From positions 32,001 to 96,000 of IMG/VR virus record IMGVR_UViG_3300027747_004779: a stretch of DNA of 64,000 nt. One strand, given 5' to 3'. A program made the translations under genes and the position numbers. Of the stretch, positions 54,989 to 64,000 are shown piece after piece (position 1 is the first letter of the stretch; each line of letters begins with the position of its first letter). Source of the stretch: a virus. The notes below the pieces were generated by a model. It saw nothing but the letters and a program-made list of their open reading frames with translations. It did no database searches and was not told the origin of the DNA.

Positions 54989-57577
54989 TTAAACTGCAAG
55001 GAGATCAAATAAATCTGTTTGTACTTGTGTTCCTGGTGTTTGTAGTTTCCAATTAACAGCTTCATAAAATCTTTCAATAACAGAAAAGATAATTTTCTCA
55101 AACATTAGTTCGTAGTTCAATGCAAAAACGCTCTCAAACTCTTTAGGAAAATCATATTTGTATCCGATAACAGAAATACCAAATTTATTAGGCTGCTGTG
55201 CATAAAAGTATCTTACCTTATCACCAGATGATATTTTTTCGTATTTTTTACCGGTATTAAATCTATCCAATAATATATTGTGATAATAAGCAGCTTTTAC
55301 ATGAATAGGCATATGTTTGGCAGTATTAAACCCATCACACTGCGCAGCATACTTTTCATAGCCTTTGATACCCATTACAAAAGCTACGTCTTGAATTGGA
55401 AGCTTCTTAAAAATATCATACGTTTCATTAAAAATTTTGTTTGTGGTTGCAAGGTCTTTTGATAGGAGCATTGTTTCAATAATCTTTTTAACATACGGTT
55501 TAATAGGTGCTGGCATAGTTGTACGCACTACTTCTACGCCGGTATATTTGAACTTATCGCACGGAATGCCTTCATCATCTAGAACATGTAATACGTATCT
55601 CTTTTTTTGTAAAAATAACCCTACATTAGCAATAGCCTCGCGCTTAAAAACTAAACGGCAGTCAATCGATCCAAGCGCTTGTTGACCCCAAGTAACTATA
55701 TGTTTATTAAGATAGTCTTCGATATCTTGAACTTGTTTGTAGTATTCAGGTGTTATTTTTCCTTTCTTATCTAACATACTAATATCTAGATATTTGACAA
55801 TATGCTTAATAGAAATATATGAGCTGTCAGTATCATTATAAATAATTGGTGTATCTTTAGCTAATGTTTCATCAGTTAGTCCCGCTTTTTCCTTTACATA
55901 CTCTACTAGTAATCTGTTTGATTCTTTAATGACTGCTTGGCCGGTTAGTGTAATCGATTCAGCGAGTTCATCATCGCCAAGAGGGCTATGCTTATTACCA
56001 AAGTAGCCATAGATTGTATTAATTAGAATCTTTATTGTATGTTGGGTTATATTTAGATTATCTATCTCGTGCTTAAGTTTAGCATACTCTTCGGTTCCTT
56101 TCTCTATATGTAATATTTTTCTCTTTAGTGAAGCTAGAGCGCGTTTAATTTCTACGCGTTTTTTATAAAAATGATCTACTGTAACAGGTATGATGCCTTT
56201 TTCTTTTTGCGTAAAGAGTACTTTTGCTTTCGAAATTGCAATTTTCTCCTTTTTGATAAAGTTAACAAAGTTTTCATTAGTTAAGGTAAATGACTGGCCA
56301 TTTACATGCTGAATAGTTACGCCTTTATCATCCTTATCAACAATCGTACCTACCTTAGTTTCGGGTGATAGGTTCAAAGTAATCATAACGTTAGGATATA
56401 GACTATTAGCGTCAAATGAAATTACATTTTCCTGAAACCCTTTTTGCGGTTCGCCCACATATGCACCGGCGTTCTGTTCATTGTTTTGCTGATCTTTTTT
56501 ATTAAAGGTAGGTATACGTTGTCCTCTTGTACGTGCTCTAATTGCACATAGACCGGTAATAACAGAAAGGGAACCAAGCGCGCCCTCAAATGTGGTAAGA
56601 CCGGCATATGCAATCATACGAAGTAGCTCTAGATACTGTAATTTCTCTTCTAGTCTTACCAGCAAATTAACGTCCTGAATATTATACTCAACAAACAGCT
56701 CCCAATTATCATCAGCTAGACTTGCTAAATTTGTATCACCGTAATCTACTTTATTCTGACTAAGCTCTGTTTCACCAATTGCATCGAGTTTATACGATTC
56801 TCGCAATACGGGGCAAAACCGTTTATAAATATCGAGATAATCTACGCACGATACGCCTTCAATATGCCAATGAACTTGCTCTCTACCGAACTTACCCGTA
56901 AAGGTAATGGGTCTAATATAACCGACAGGCGATAATCTTTTTACTTCATCTTCTCCTAGAATACGCGTAATACGATTTACGATATAGGGCATATCGAAAA
57001 ATTCACTATTCCATCCAGATAAAATATCGGGATAATCAGAGCAAATATAATTAACAAATCTAGATAAAAGATCTTTTTCTGTTTTACAGTATATGTAGGT
57101 AAGCTGCTCGGTTTTTTTGTTATATGGCTTTAACCCCCAGGTTATAAAATGCTTTCTGATAGAGTCATAAACAGTTATAATATTAATAGGATGCTGAGGA
57201 TCGTCCGGTTTTGGAAACTCATCTGGGCTATACGTCTCGATATCAATAAAAAGCGTACGAATAGGGTGCTGGGTAAATTCAGGCTTCTCGTTCTGCTCCC
57301 AAAATGTATCGATAAGAAATTGTTGCTGTACATTAATATTTTCAAAAATACGCGTTACTTTATTATCTTTTAAATACCGCGAGCGTTCAGCCTGATTACG
57401 AAATCTCTTTTTCTTTAGCTTTGTATTAAAAATACTGGTACAATCTGGGTGATTATTTGTCTCTAAGTAAATATATGGCTCAAATGTCGTATCATAGGAT
57501 ATACGTTTGCCGTCTTTATCCCAAGTAAAAAGACGCATTAATTGATCTTTAGGAAGATAGGCTACTCCTCTATACAT
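54989..57577 (-). CDS. gp43: Family B DNA polymerase
   Basis: Exonuclease DIET, GWNSEFFDMPY, YNIQDV; polymerase SFDANSLYP, KILINTIYG, YNDTDS, KKRY. Confidence 0.97.
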   Translation of the reverse strand: MYRGVAYLPKDQLMRLFTWDKDGKRISYDTTFEPYIYLETNNHPDCTSIFNTKLKKKRFRNQAERSRYLKDNKVTRIFENINVQQQFLIDTFWEQNEKPEFTQHPIRTLFIDIETYSPDEFPKPDDPQHPINIITVYDSIRKHFITWGLKPYNKKTEQLTYIYCKTEKDLLSRFVNYICSDYPDILSGWNSEFFDMPYIVNRITRILGEDEVKRLSPVGYIRPITFTGKFGREQVHWHIEGVSCVDYLDIYKRFCPVLRESYKLDAIGETELSQNKVDYGDTNLASLADDNWELFVEYNIQDVNLLVRLEEKLQYLELLRMIAYAGLTTFEGALGSLSVITGLCAIRARTRGQRIPTFNKKDQQNNEQNAGAYVGEPQKGFQENVISFDANSLYPNVMITLNLSPETKVGTIVDKDDKGVTIQHVNGQSFTLTNENFVNFIKKEKIAISKAKVLFTQKEKGIIPVTVDHFYKKRVEIKRALASLKRKILHIEKGTEEYAKLKHEIDNLNITQHTIKILINTIYGYFGNKHSPLGDDELAESITLTGQAVIKESNRLLVEYVKEKAGLTDETLAKDTPIIYNDTDSSYISIKHIVKYLDISMLDKKGKITPEYYKQVQDIEDYLNKHIVTWGQQALGSIDCRLVFKREAIANVGLFLQKKRYVLHVLDDEGIPCDKFKYTGVEVVRTTMPAPIKPYVKKIIETMLLSKDLATTNKIFNETYDIFKKLPIQDVAFVMGIKGYEKYAAQCDGFNTAKHMPIHVKAAYYHNILLDRFNTGKKYEKISSGDKVRYFYAQQPNKFGISVIGYKYDFPKEFESVFALNYELMFEKIIFSVIERFYEAVNWKLQTPGTQVQTDLFDLLAV

Positions 57578-57626
57578 TTAACATGTATTATATAACAAGC
57601 TATATATTATACAACTTAATTATTGA

Positions 57627-58841
57627 TTATATGCCGTTTACAGCGTTAATAAGCTTACGCTCTTTAGAGCCAAATGGATGTGTATATAACTCAGCATATT
57701 TGTTTAGATTGTCGTCGTTTTCTAACCATCTCTCTTCGGCTACTTTTCTATACTTAGCAGATAGGTTCATATACCTACCTTTCTTAGCTAAAGTATCTTC
57801 GATACAACCAATCATTTCATCACCGGTCTTGAACTTAATTGGCGCCTCAGAGTAAGTAACAAGATCTTGACATGCAATTGGAAGGCCATAACAACATGCT
57901 TCAATATACTTTAAATCGCTTTTAGCTTTGTTAAAGGTATTGTTTTGCAGCGGAGCAACCAACATATTAACACGTAGATTATAAATTTTTTCCGGGTAAG
58001 AATAAAGTTGTTGCCAGGTATGAAACTCTAGATCGCCGTTAGAAACATAAGGATGAAGCGGGAGCGGAAATGCACCTAAAAACACCCATCTATATTTGTG
58101 CCTTGTTTTGATAATAGCATCACATACATGAGCAAAGTCATCATTCTGACCAACACGATTGTCTACATCAAAATGTGCACCGGAACCAGCATATAAAATA
58201 CGAGGGCGCTTATCATTGGCATCATAATTTTCAGAAATACGTCTTTCGTTATAAAAATTACCCATCCAAAACTTTGGTGGGTAGTTAGGAATAACAGTAA
58301 CATTTTTATTGCTTGTTTTATCAATATAATACTGTTTCATGAAATCACAAGTTACAGTAATTTCATCGCACATCTCCATGATTGTTTGCGCTGTTCGACG
58401 AATCTCTGGATCAGTAAATGCAGGTTTAAACTTATTATATTCAGGTATATCTTCACTAAAAACTAAGTCGTCAATTTCATAAATTAACTTAAATCCAACT
58501 TTACTGCTCATTTCTTTAAGGAACTTAATAAACTGCAATTGAGAGGTTGTAGCTTGGCGTTGAATACGAACAGCCTTAACGCCGCGATAATAATTAGGAT
58601 CAAAACACATGACTGTACTTCCATGTACAATGAGCTTTTGATGTGCATTAAGCATATGCTCTGGCCATATCATTCTCCAGAACCCACAGCCGCTATAATC
58701 AGCGTAGTAATTTAAGCAACGCGATAAATCAAGCTCCGGGGGTCTTGGTAAACTTTGCTGTGGCGATGCAGGTGCTATCTGCGATGGAAATGGTGAGGGA
58801 AAGGGAGAAGCAAAAGGCGAAGCAAAAGGACTTGGATGCAT
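57627..58841 (-). CDS. GT-B (GT4-like) glycosyltransferase with N-terminal SPF repeats
   Basis: ADYSGCGFWRMIWP, QRQ, YEIDD, VIPN, APL.NN.FN.AKSDLKYIEA; lies between gp46 and gp43. Confidence 0.75.
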   Translation of the reverse strand: MHPSPFASPFASPFPSPFPSQIAPASPQQSLPRPPELDLSRCLNYYADYSGCGFWRMIWPEHMLNAHQKLIVHGSTVMCFDPNYYRGVKAVRIQRQATTSQLQFIKFLKEMSSKVGFKLIYEIDDLVFSEDIPEYNKFKPAFTDPEIRRTAQTIMEMCDEITVTCDFMKQYYIDKTSNKNVTVIPNYPPKFWMGNFYNERRISENYDANDKRPRILYAGSGAHFDVDNRVGQNDDFAHVCDAIIKTRHKYRWVFLGAFPLPLHPYVSNGDLEFHTWQQLYSYPEKIYNLRVNMLVAPLQNNTFNKAKSDLKYIEACCYGLPIACQDLVTYSEAPIKFKTGDEMIGCIEDTLAKKGRYMNLSAKYRKVAEERWLENDDNLNKYAELYTHPFGSKERKLINAVNGI

Positions 58842-58850
58842 ATTATAATA

Positions 58851-60662
58851 TTAACTACTATATTCAATATAATCAACTCGACGAGTAATACCGTTATTTT
58901 TTTCTAGAAAAATAATATCGCCTGTAGCAGCCTTAATACTCTCTTTTCTATGACTAATTACCATAATACATTCATTATATTTTTCAACTCGCTCTTTTAA
59001 TATGCTAATTACAAGCTCTACGCCTCTTTCATCAAGGCTCGAATCAAAGAGCTCATCATATATGCTAAAGTTAAAAGATACATCACCTTGAAGCCTTCTA
59101 ATATCCATAAACGTAAAGAGACATGCAAGATCAACATTCTTACGCTCTGCGCCGCTAAAGTTAAAATAGGAGCAAGGTTTGCCTTTGTTATCAACAATCT
59201 CCTCTTCAAAATATTCGTTAAATGTACAAATACAGTTAGCATCCATCTTTTTAAGATAATAAGCAAGCTTACTATTAAAGAGTTGTAGGATCTTTTTAAC
59301 AATATAGGATTTTACACCTTCTTCTGAAACTATAAACTTTACAACGTCCAGAGTATTAAGCTTTTCTTTTAATTTCTCTATTTCTGCTTTAACACCATCC
59401 AATCGATTGGTTTGGTCAGTAATAAGCGCGTCGTGTGTATTAGTATCTGTTTCTAAATCTTTTAAGTCTTGCTCAAGCTCTATCTGCCATTGATTAAGCT
59501 GTTTAAGACGGTCGTCGAGGTTTTGCTTTTCTGTAATTTTATGTTTAATAGAATTAATACTGTCTTTTAAATGCTGTATTTTTGTTTCGACTTTAGTCTG
59601 CAACCCAAGTAACTGCTTCTCTTCTTTCTTTAATTCAACAATTTTTCCTTCATGTACTTCTATCTCATCGTTAATTTTCTTTTTTTCGTTTTTAATATGA
59701 TTACGATCCGTGTCTTCAATCGATCTTAAGCATGTAGGGCAAACATCTTTTTCTGTACCAACAGATGTAAGTTTTTTATTATTTTGATTTATAAGTGTCT
59801 GATTCTCACTAATAGAATGCCTTGCGTCTTGTATTTTTTTATCTAATTTTAGATTACTTGTATTATATTCCTCTATCTCTTTTTTTAATTCGTTAGCGTC
59901 AGGTATTTCAAATTTTTCGAGTTTTTTAGTAATTTCCTTTATTTCTTTTGTATTACTTTCTTGCCGACCGAGATATTTCTCTTTTTTTCTAGCCCTCTCT
60001 TGCGAAAGAGTTTCTTGTTGCTTTTTATGTGTAAGTATGTTTTTTTCTATTTCATCATGCTTGATAGCTTCCATGTCAAACTGCTTTTTATGATCGCTTA
60101 TGTCAGTTTTGAGTAAATTTAACATATCGCTAAAAATACTAAGATTAAAAATATCTTCAATAAATTTTCTCTTCTCTTGTTTTTTCTTAGCCATAAACGG
60201 AATTGTATTGTTTATGGTCATAATAACACAGTTTTGAAATATCTCTGGCGTACAATTAAACTTCGACATAATAAACGAGTTAGTATTTGAAATGCTATCT
60301 CGTGTCTTATCTTCCTTATCAACGTATATAAAGCACTTTGAGGGTTCAAGAGTACGAATAATTTGTATTTCTTCTGTTTTATCAAACTGCTGTATTGTTA
60401 CATCTAAAATAACTTCACAGTTCTTTTTATTAACATTATTAATAACATGCTCTTTTTTTAGATCTCTTAACGTCTCTCCAAAAACAGCGAAATATACAGC
60501 ATCGGCAATAGTAGATTTTCCGACGCCATTTCTTCTGTCTTCTTTGTCCTTATTAATACCCGTAATAATATGAAGGCCTTTCTTAAAGTCGACAGTAACC
60601 GGTTGATTACCAACAGATAAAAAGTTTTTAATACTAATTTTATTAAAAGTAATATTCTTCAT
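58851..60662 (-). CDS. gp46: Recombination endonuclease ATPase subunit (Rad50/SbcC-like)
   Basis: KNFLSVGN, NGVGKST, CPTC hook, FSGAE signature, YDELFDSSLD, ISH. Confidence 0.95.
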   Translation of the reverse strand: MKNITFNKISIKNFLSVGNQPVTVDFKKGLHIITGINKDKEDRRNGVGKSTIADAVYFAVFGETLRDLKKEHVINNVNKKNCEVILDVTIQQFDKTEEIQIIRTLEPSKCFIYVDKEDKTRDSISNTNSFIMSKFNCTPEIFQNCVIMTINNTIPFMAKKKQEKRKFIEDIFNLSIFSDMLNLLKTDISDHKKQFDMEAIKHDEIEKNILTHKKQQETLSQERARKKEKYLGRQESNTKEIKEITKKLEKFEIPDANELKKEIEEYNTSNLKLDKKIQDARHSISENQTLINQNNKKLTSVGTEKDVCPTCLRSIEDTDRNHIKNEKKKINDEIEVHEGKIVELKKEEKQLLGLQTKVETKIQHLKDSINSIKHKITEKQNLDDRLKQLNQWQIELEQDLKDLETDTNTHDALITDQTNRLDGVKAEIEKLKEKLNTLDVVKFIVSEEGVKSYIVKKILQLFNSKLAYYLKKMDANCICTFNEYFEEEIVDNKGKPCSYFNFSGAERKNVDLACLFTFMDIRRLQGDVSFNFSIYDELFDSSLDERGVELVISILKERVEKYNECIMVISHRKESIKAATGDIIFLEKNNGITRRVDYIEYSS

Positions 60663-61732
60663 GTACTGTTAGCCCTCTTATAAAGATCTGTACAATAACG
60701 AGAAACGTCATCTTTTTTCTCTATGTCTAGCAAGGTAACGAACTCTTCAATTGCTTTGCTCATATCAACACCAGATAAGTCATAAGCTTGCTCTTCATTA
60801 ACAGTGATTGCATCGTTATATAACGAATAATCAACCGATAAATTAAAAGGCTTATGTGCAGATATTTTCTGTAAAAGCAGATCAATACTATCACTTGTAA
60901 TTTTCTTATCAACTACAAGTTTAATAATATTATTACCTACTGCTGCTCTCACTTCAGCTGCTGTAAGAGTTTTAAATGTAGTAAGATCTGTTAACGATAA
61001 TTTCTTATGTTTAGGTGAAAGTTCATTTTCAAAAAATGAATAGCTAAGATCGTTAAAATCTAAGATGTAATATCCTTTAACAGAGCCGGTATCACCAAAA
61101 TCCATTTCAAAGGGATTACCGACATACAAAATAGTTTTTTTATCATATTTTCTTTCATCCCTTAGATGAAAATGACCGGTCATAATTAGATCTGCCTTTG
61201 CAAGAAGATCAGAGGTTTTCATACCATGATCACAGTGCTTATGGCTATTCATCTTAAAGCTCTCAATCTCTAAATGCCCAAAAATTACATCGGACTTCTC
61301 AACATCTCTTACATCTGCACCCCAAGGTAAAAATGTGCATTGCTTACCGTAAATTGTATATGTCGCAGGCTCACTTATAATTTGTATATTTTTCCATCCA
61401 TTAAGAATAGAAAGTGAGTTAATATCAGATCTATCCTTATAAAAAGCATCGTGATTACCAACAAGAATAACTATATTAAACTCATCCCATAAATTAAGAA
61501 TTTGATTTACGACGTGAATCGTATTGACAGCAATTTCATCACGATAGTGATATAGATCTCCGAGTATAAAAATGTCTTTTATTTTCTTTTTATTGAGATC
61601 GTCACGAAGCCATTCGGCCCATTTAATAGCTGTTTCATGCCAAAAAATACTGTTCTGATGTACGCCAATATGAAGATCAGCAATACAACAAACTTTATTA
61701 CTTTTTGTTATAAGTTCTTTTTTATTTTTCAC
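60659..61732 (-). CDS. gp47: Recombination endonuclease nuclease subunit (Mre11/SbcD-like)
   Basis: ADLHIG, LGDLY, VGNHD, GHLE, TGHFH, YVGNP. Confidence 0.95.
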   Translation of the reverse strand: MKNKKELITKSNKVCCIADLHIGVHQNSIFWHETAIKWAEWLRDDLNKKKIKDIFILGDLYHYRDEIAVNTIHVVNQILNLWDEFNIVILVGNHDAFYKDRSDINSLSILNGWKNIQIISEPATYTIYGKQCTFLPWGADVRDVEKSDVIFGHLEIESFKMNSHKHCDHGMKTSDLLAKADLIMTGHFHLRDERKYDKKTILYVGNPFEMDFGDTGSVKGYYILDFNDLSYSFFENELSPKHKKLSLTDLTTFKTLTAAEVRAAVGNNIIKLVVDKKITSDSIDLLLQKISAHKPFNLSVDYSLYNDAITVNEEQAYDLSGVDMSKAIEEFVTLLDIEKKDDVSRYCTDLYKRANST

Positions 61733-62340
61733 TCTGTAGTGTTGTAATTATCATCTGCAGGTTCAACGTATATATGCGCGCCGGATGCAATATCCGGGTC
61801 AAGCATAAGATCGGTATATACTTTATCGCGATATTCATTTAATACTTCATGATGCTTATTTTCTTTTTTAATACGGTTAATGAAAGCATGAAATGCAATA
61901 GTAGTAAAATATGAAAAGGGACTAAACCCGGTATCAAGTTTAAATTTTTGATTACGCAATGCTGAGAACATCTTAACGATTGCATCTCCGATCATATCGT
62001 CTTTGTAGGAATAATTAATGAAGTTTGGTGCATAGGATAACCCGTTAGCAATTTTAGTTAAGCTCTCTCCAAGTTTTTGTGTTACAACCCCTGACTTATA
62101 ATATGCGCGTATCTCCTCTTCAAACTCCTTACCATTTACGTAATGAACTTTTTCTTTCGGTTTAAGCTTTCTTCCTGTAGGTGTTACTGTTGGTGGTAAA
62201 ACAATACCTTTAGAAATAATTTTCTTGAGATCAGGATCGCTCTCAATTATTTCTTCTTTTGAAGGCTTAGCCTTCGAAGGCTTAACCTTTTTAGATTTCA
62301 TTAATTCTTTTGATGGAGTATTTAATTTTTTCTTTTTCAT
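61729..62340 (-). CDS. gp55: Late-transcription sigma factor (true start may be ATG 62301)
   Basis: HYVNGKEF, KIANGLSYAPNFINYSYKDDMIGDAI, PFSYFTTIAFHAFINRIKKE. Confidence 0.92.
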   Translation of the reverse strand: MKKKKLNTPSKELMKSKKVKPSKAKPSKEEIIESDPDLKKIISKGIVLPPTVTPTGRKLKPKEKVHYVNGKEFEEEIRAYYKSGVVTQKLGESLTKIANGLSYAPNFINYSYKDDMIGDAIVKMFSALRNQKFKLDTGFSPFSYFTTIAFHAFINRIKKENKHHEVLNEYRDKVYTDLMLDPDIASGAHIYVEPADDNYNTTE

Positions 62341-63748
62341 AAAGTGCGCGACGTTTTTCCATATGAGCTAGGCTATATTTGAAATTATCTGCGATGTCGA
62401 ATATTATAAGCTTATCTTTATCCTTATGCAAGCGAAGACCTCTTCCAATCGATTGAACTATCTTTATTTTTGCTTTTCCGCCGCATGCAAAAACAATATA
62501 ATGTAGGTTTTTAATATTAATACCGGTAGAAAATATTTTTGAAATGGCGACAACAACAATATCAGTTCTTTTCTCCATAAGCTGTCTAATTTCATCTCTC
62601 TCTGCTACTTCGACTTCACCGCGTATAAAATAGCACTGTTTCTCCGGACATTGTTCTTTTATTGTCTTGTATAATAATTCTCCATGCTCAATATAATCAA
62701 CCAGAATTAAGGAATTGTTTGTAAGCTTACAAACAATTTTGCTTATAACATTATTTCTAAACCCGCTTCTCATTAAAAATCTTTGCTCTTCACGATAAAG
62801 ATTTGACGAAGATATTACGACGTCTTTAAACGGGTCTTCATTATAATTTAGTTCTATGATTTGCACCTGCACGCTACTTACATAACTTTCTAATCGAAGT
62901 TCGTAGCTGTTCTTCTCGTATATTACAGGGCCGATTTTACCTATAATATTCCACTGATCCATTAAGCTCTCAGGCATTGTACCGGTAAAACCAAATCTAA
63001 AAGGTGTTTTTATTTTTTTAAGAATTTTGTTTACTTCATTACCTTTACGTATTTTATGTACTTCGTCAACTATTAAGACATCAATTGTTTCAAGCCAAGA
63101 TAAATCTGTATTTTTACTTTGTAAGATACCTAGATTTGCTATAGTAACGTTGGCTTCATTTTTTAATTCATAACTCCCTGTCCATTTTCTAACAGAAAAT
63201 GGAACGTTATAAGAGAAAAAATCTGAAGATGTCTGTTCTACTAGCCCTAAATCAGGCACTATATATAAGCAATTAAATTTTGATCCGTACAATAAAAATA
63301 ATTTTGTAAGTAAAGAGGCAGCAGTAAGTGTCTTTCCGCCTGCTGTAGCAAGTATGATTGTACCGCGGCCAATTGATAAAGCTTTTTTAACAATTTCTTC
63401 TTGATAATCTCTCAATGGTAGTTTAAGAGGTATCGGATCGTATGAAAATCTTGTATCGGATTGAAGATTTTTAACAGGCATAATAACCTCAAGAAGAGAT
63501 TCGTCTGTCTTTACTTCACCGACATATTGATTGTTATTAAGATATTTTCTTATTTCAAAATAAAGACCCGGGTCAAATCTACCTGTTGGCGTTATTGCAT
63601 AAGTTCTTTGCGGTAAAAATCTCCCGTATCTTTTTCTCATAAAAAAAGCAGCTTCATTTTTAACAGAAAATGCTTCTCTTATTTCTTCAAATTTATCACC
63701 AGAAATAATACCGACCCCTTTATTAGAGTCAAAAGAAAAATTAATCAT
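62291..63748 (-). CDS. uvsW: SF2 DNA helicase
   Basis: LRDYQ, ATAGGKT, VDEVH, GFTGT, FSTGINIKNLH, QSIGRGLR, DIAD. Confidence 0.93.
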   Translation of the reverse strand: MINFSFDSNKGVGIISGDKFEEIREAFSVKNEAAFFMRKRYGRFLPQRTYAITPTGRFDPGLYFEIRKYLNNNQYVGEVKTDESLLEVIMPVKNLQSDTRFSYDPIPLKLPLRDYQEEIVKKALSIGRGTIILATAGGKTLTAASLLTKLFLLYGSKFNCLYIVPDLGLVEQTSSDFFSYNVPFSVRKWTGSYELKNEANVTIANLGILQSKNTDLSWLETIDVLIVDEVHKIRKGNEVNKILKKIKTPFRFGFTGTMPESLMDQWNIIGKIGPVIYEKNSYELRLESYVSSVQVQIIELNYNEDPFKDVVISSSNLYREEQRFLMRSGFRNNVISKIVCKLTNNSLILVDYIEHGELLYKTIKEQCPEKQCYFIRGEVEVAERDEIRQLMEKRTDIVVVAISKIFSTGINIKNLHYIVFACGGKAKIKIVQSIGRGLRLHKDKDKLIIFDIADNFKYSLAHMEKRRALYEKEKIKYSIKRINEI

Positions 63749-63999
63749 GTTGTCTCAAGCTTAATAATATCAACAAGATTTTTTATATCATAAGATGTCG
63801 AGCTCAACGTCTTTTCTGACTTTTCTAGTAGCTCAATAATAAGCTCTAATTCTTTTATTTGCGTATCGATCACAATTACTTCGCTATGCTTTTCTGCAGT
63901 ACGCTCAACAACCGGTGTAGCTAATTTTACCGGGCTTTGTTCTTGTATCTTATCAACTAATGTACGTTTTAATAGCTCGCGCTTCTTACGTAACTCATT
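63745..63999 (-). CDS. uvsY: Recombination mediator UvsY, 5'-truncated by the window edge; not in the ORF track
   Basis: Manual translation ...IDTQIKELELIIELLEKSEKTLSSTSYDIKNLVDIIKLETT*; stop overlaps the uvsW ATG; T4 synteny. Confidence 0.75.
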   Translation of the reverse strand, partial: NELRKKRELLKRTLVDKIQEQSPVKLATPVVERTAEKHSEVIVIDTQIKELELIIELLEKSEKTLSSTSYDIKNLVDIIKLETT

Positions 64000-64000
64000 G

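Noticed and set aside
1-64000. Stop-codon reassignment, tRNA/rRNA genes, integrases or IS elements
   Set aside because: Core genes are full length under the standard code, all three stops terminate genes, and intergenic gaps are too short for RNA genes; no mobile-element motifs were seen.

Overview
The window is part of a large, AT-rich, T4-like myovirus genome with genes mostly on the - strand. From left to right it contains: (i) a partial trypsin-like protease and a PT-repeat protein; (ii) an 8-gene glycosylation cassette (GT60, 2x FkbM, GT10, DUF1647-like, GT25, HtrL, MTase-HtrL-GT fusion) next to a lectin-like protein with a ~340-aa Thr/Pro mucin-like tail; (iii) baseplate, tail and terminase genes (gp6, gp25, gp53, gp48, tape measure, gp26-like x2, gp54, gp19, gp18, gp3, gp17, gp16, gp14), with a clamp loader and dUTPase embedded; (iv) the T4 replication/recombination core (gp61, gp45, gp32, gp41, UvsX, gp43, gp46/47, gp55, UvsW, UvsY), interleaved with a ribosomal protein bS21 homolog, a divergent QueC, a class-II glutamine amidotransferase, two more glycosyltransferases and an NDP-rhamnose epimerase/reductase. 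Main candidate novelties: a phage-encoded, protist-style mucin-type O-glycosylation system (GT60 plus its probable PT-repeat substrates); a widespread leaderless-mRNA promoter architecture; a single AUU-initiated gene with a perfect Shine-Dalgarno; a putative QueC/GATase/GT DNA-hypermodification pathway; and a foreign-composition patch inside the terminase gene. All family calls come from motif recognition by eye; no database search was run.
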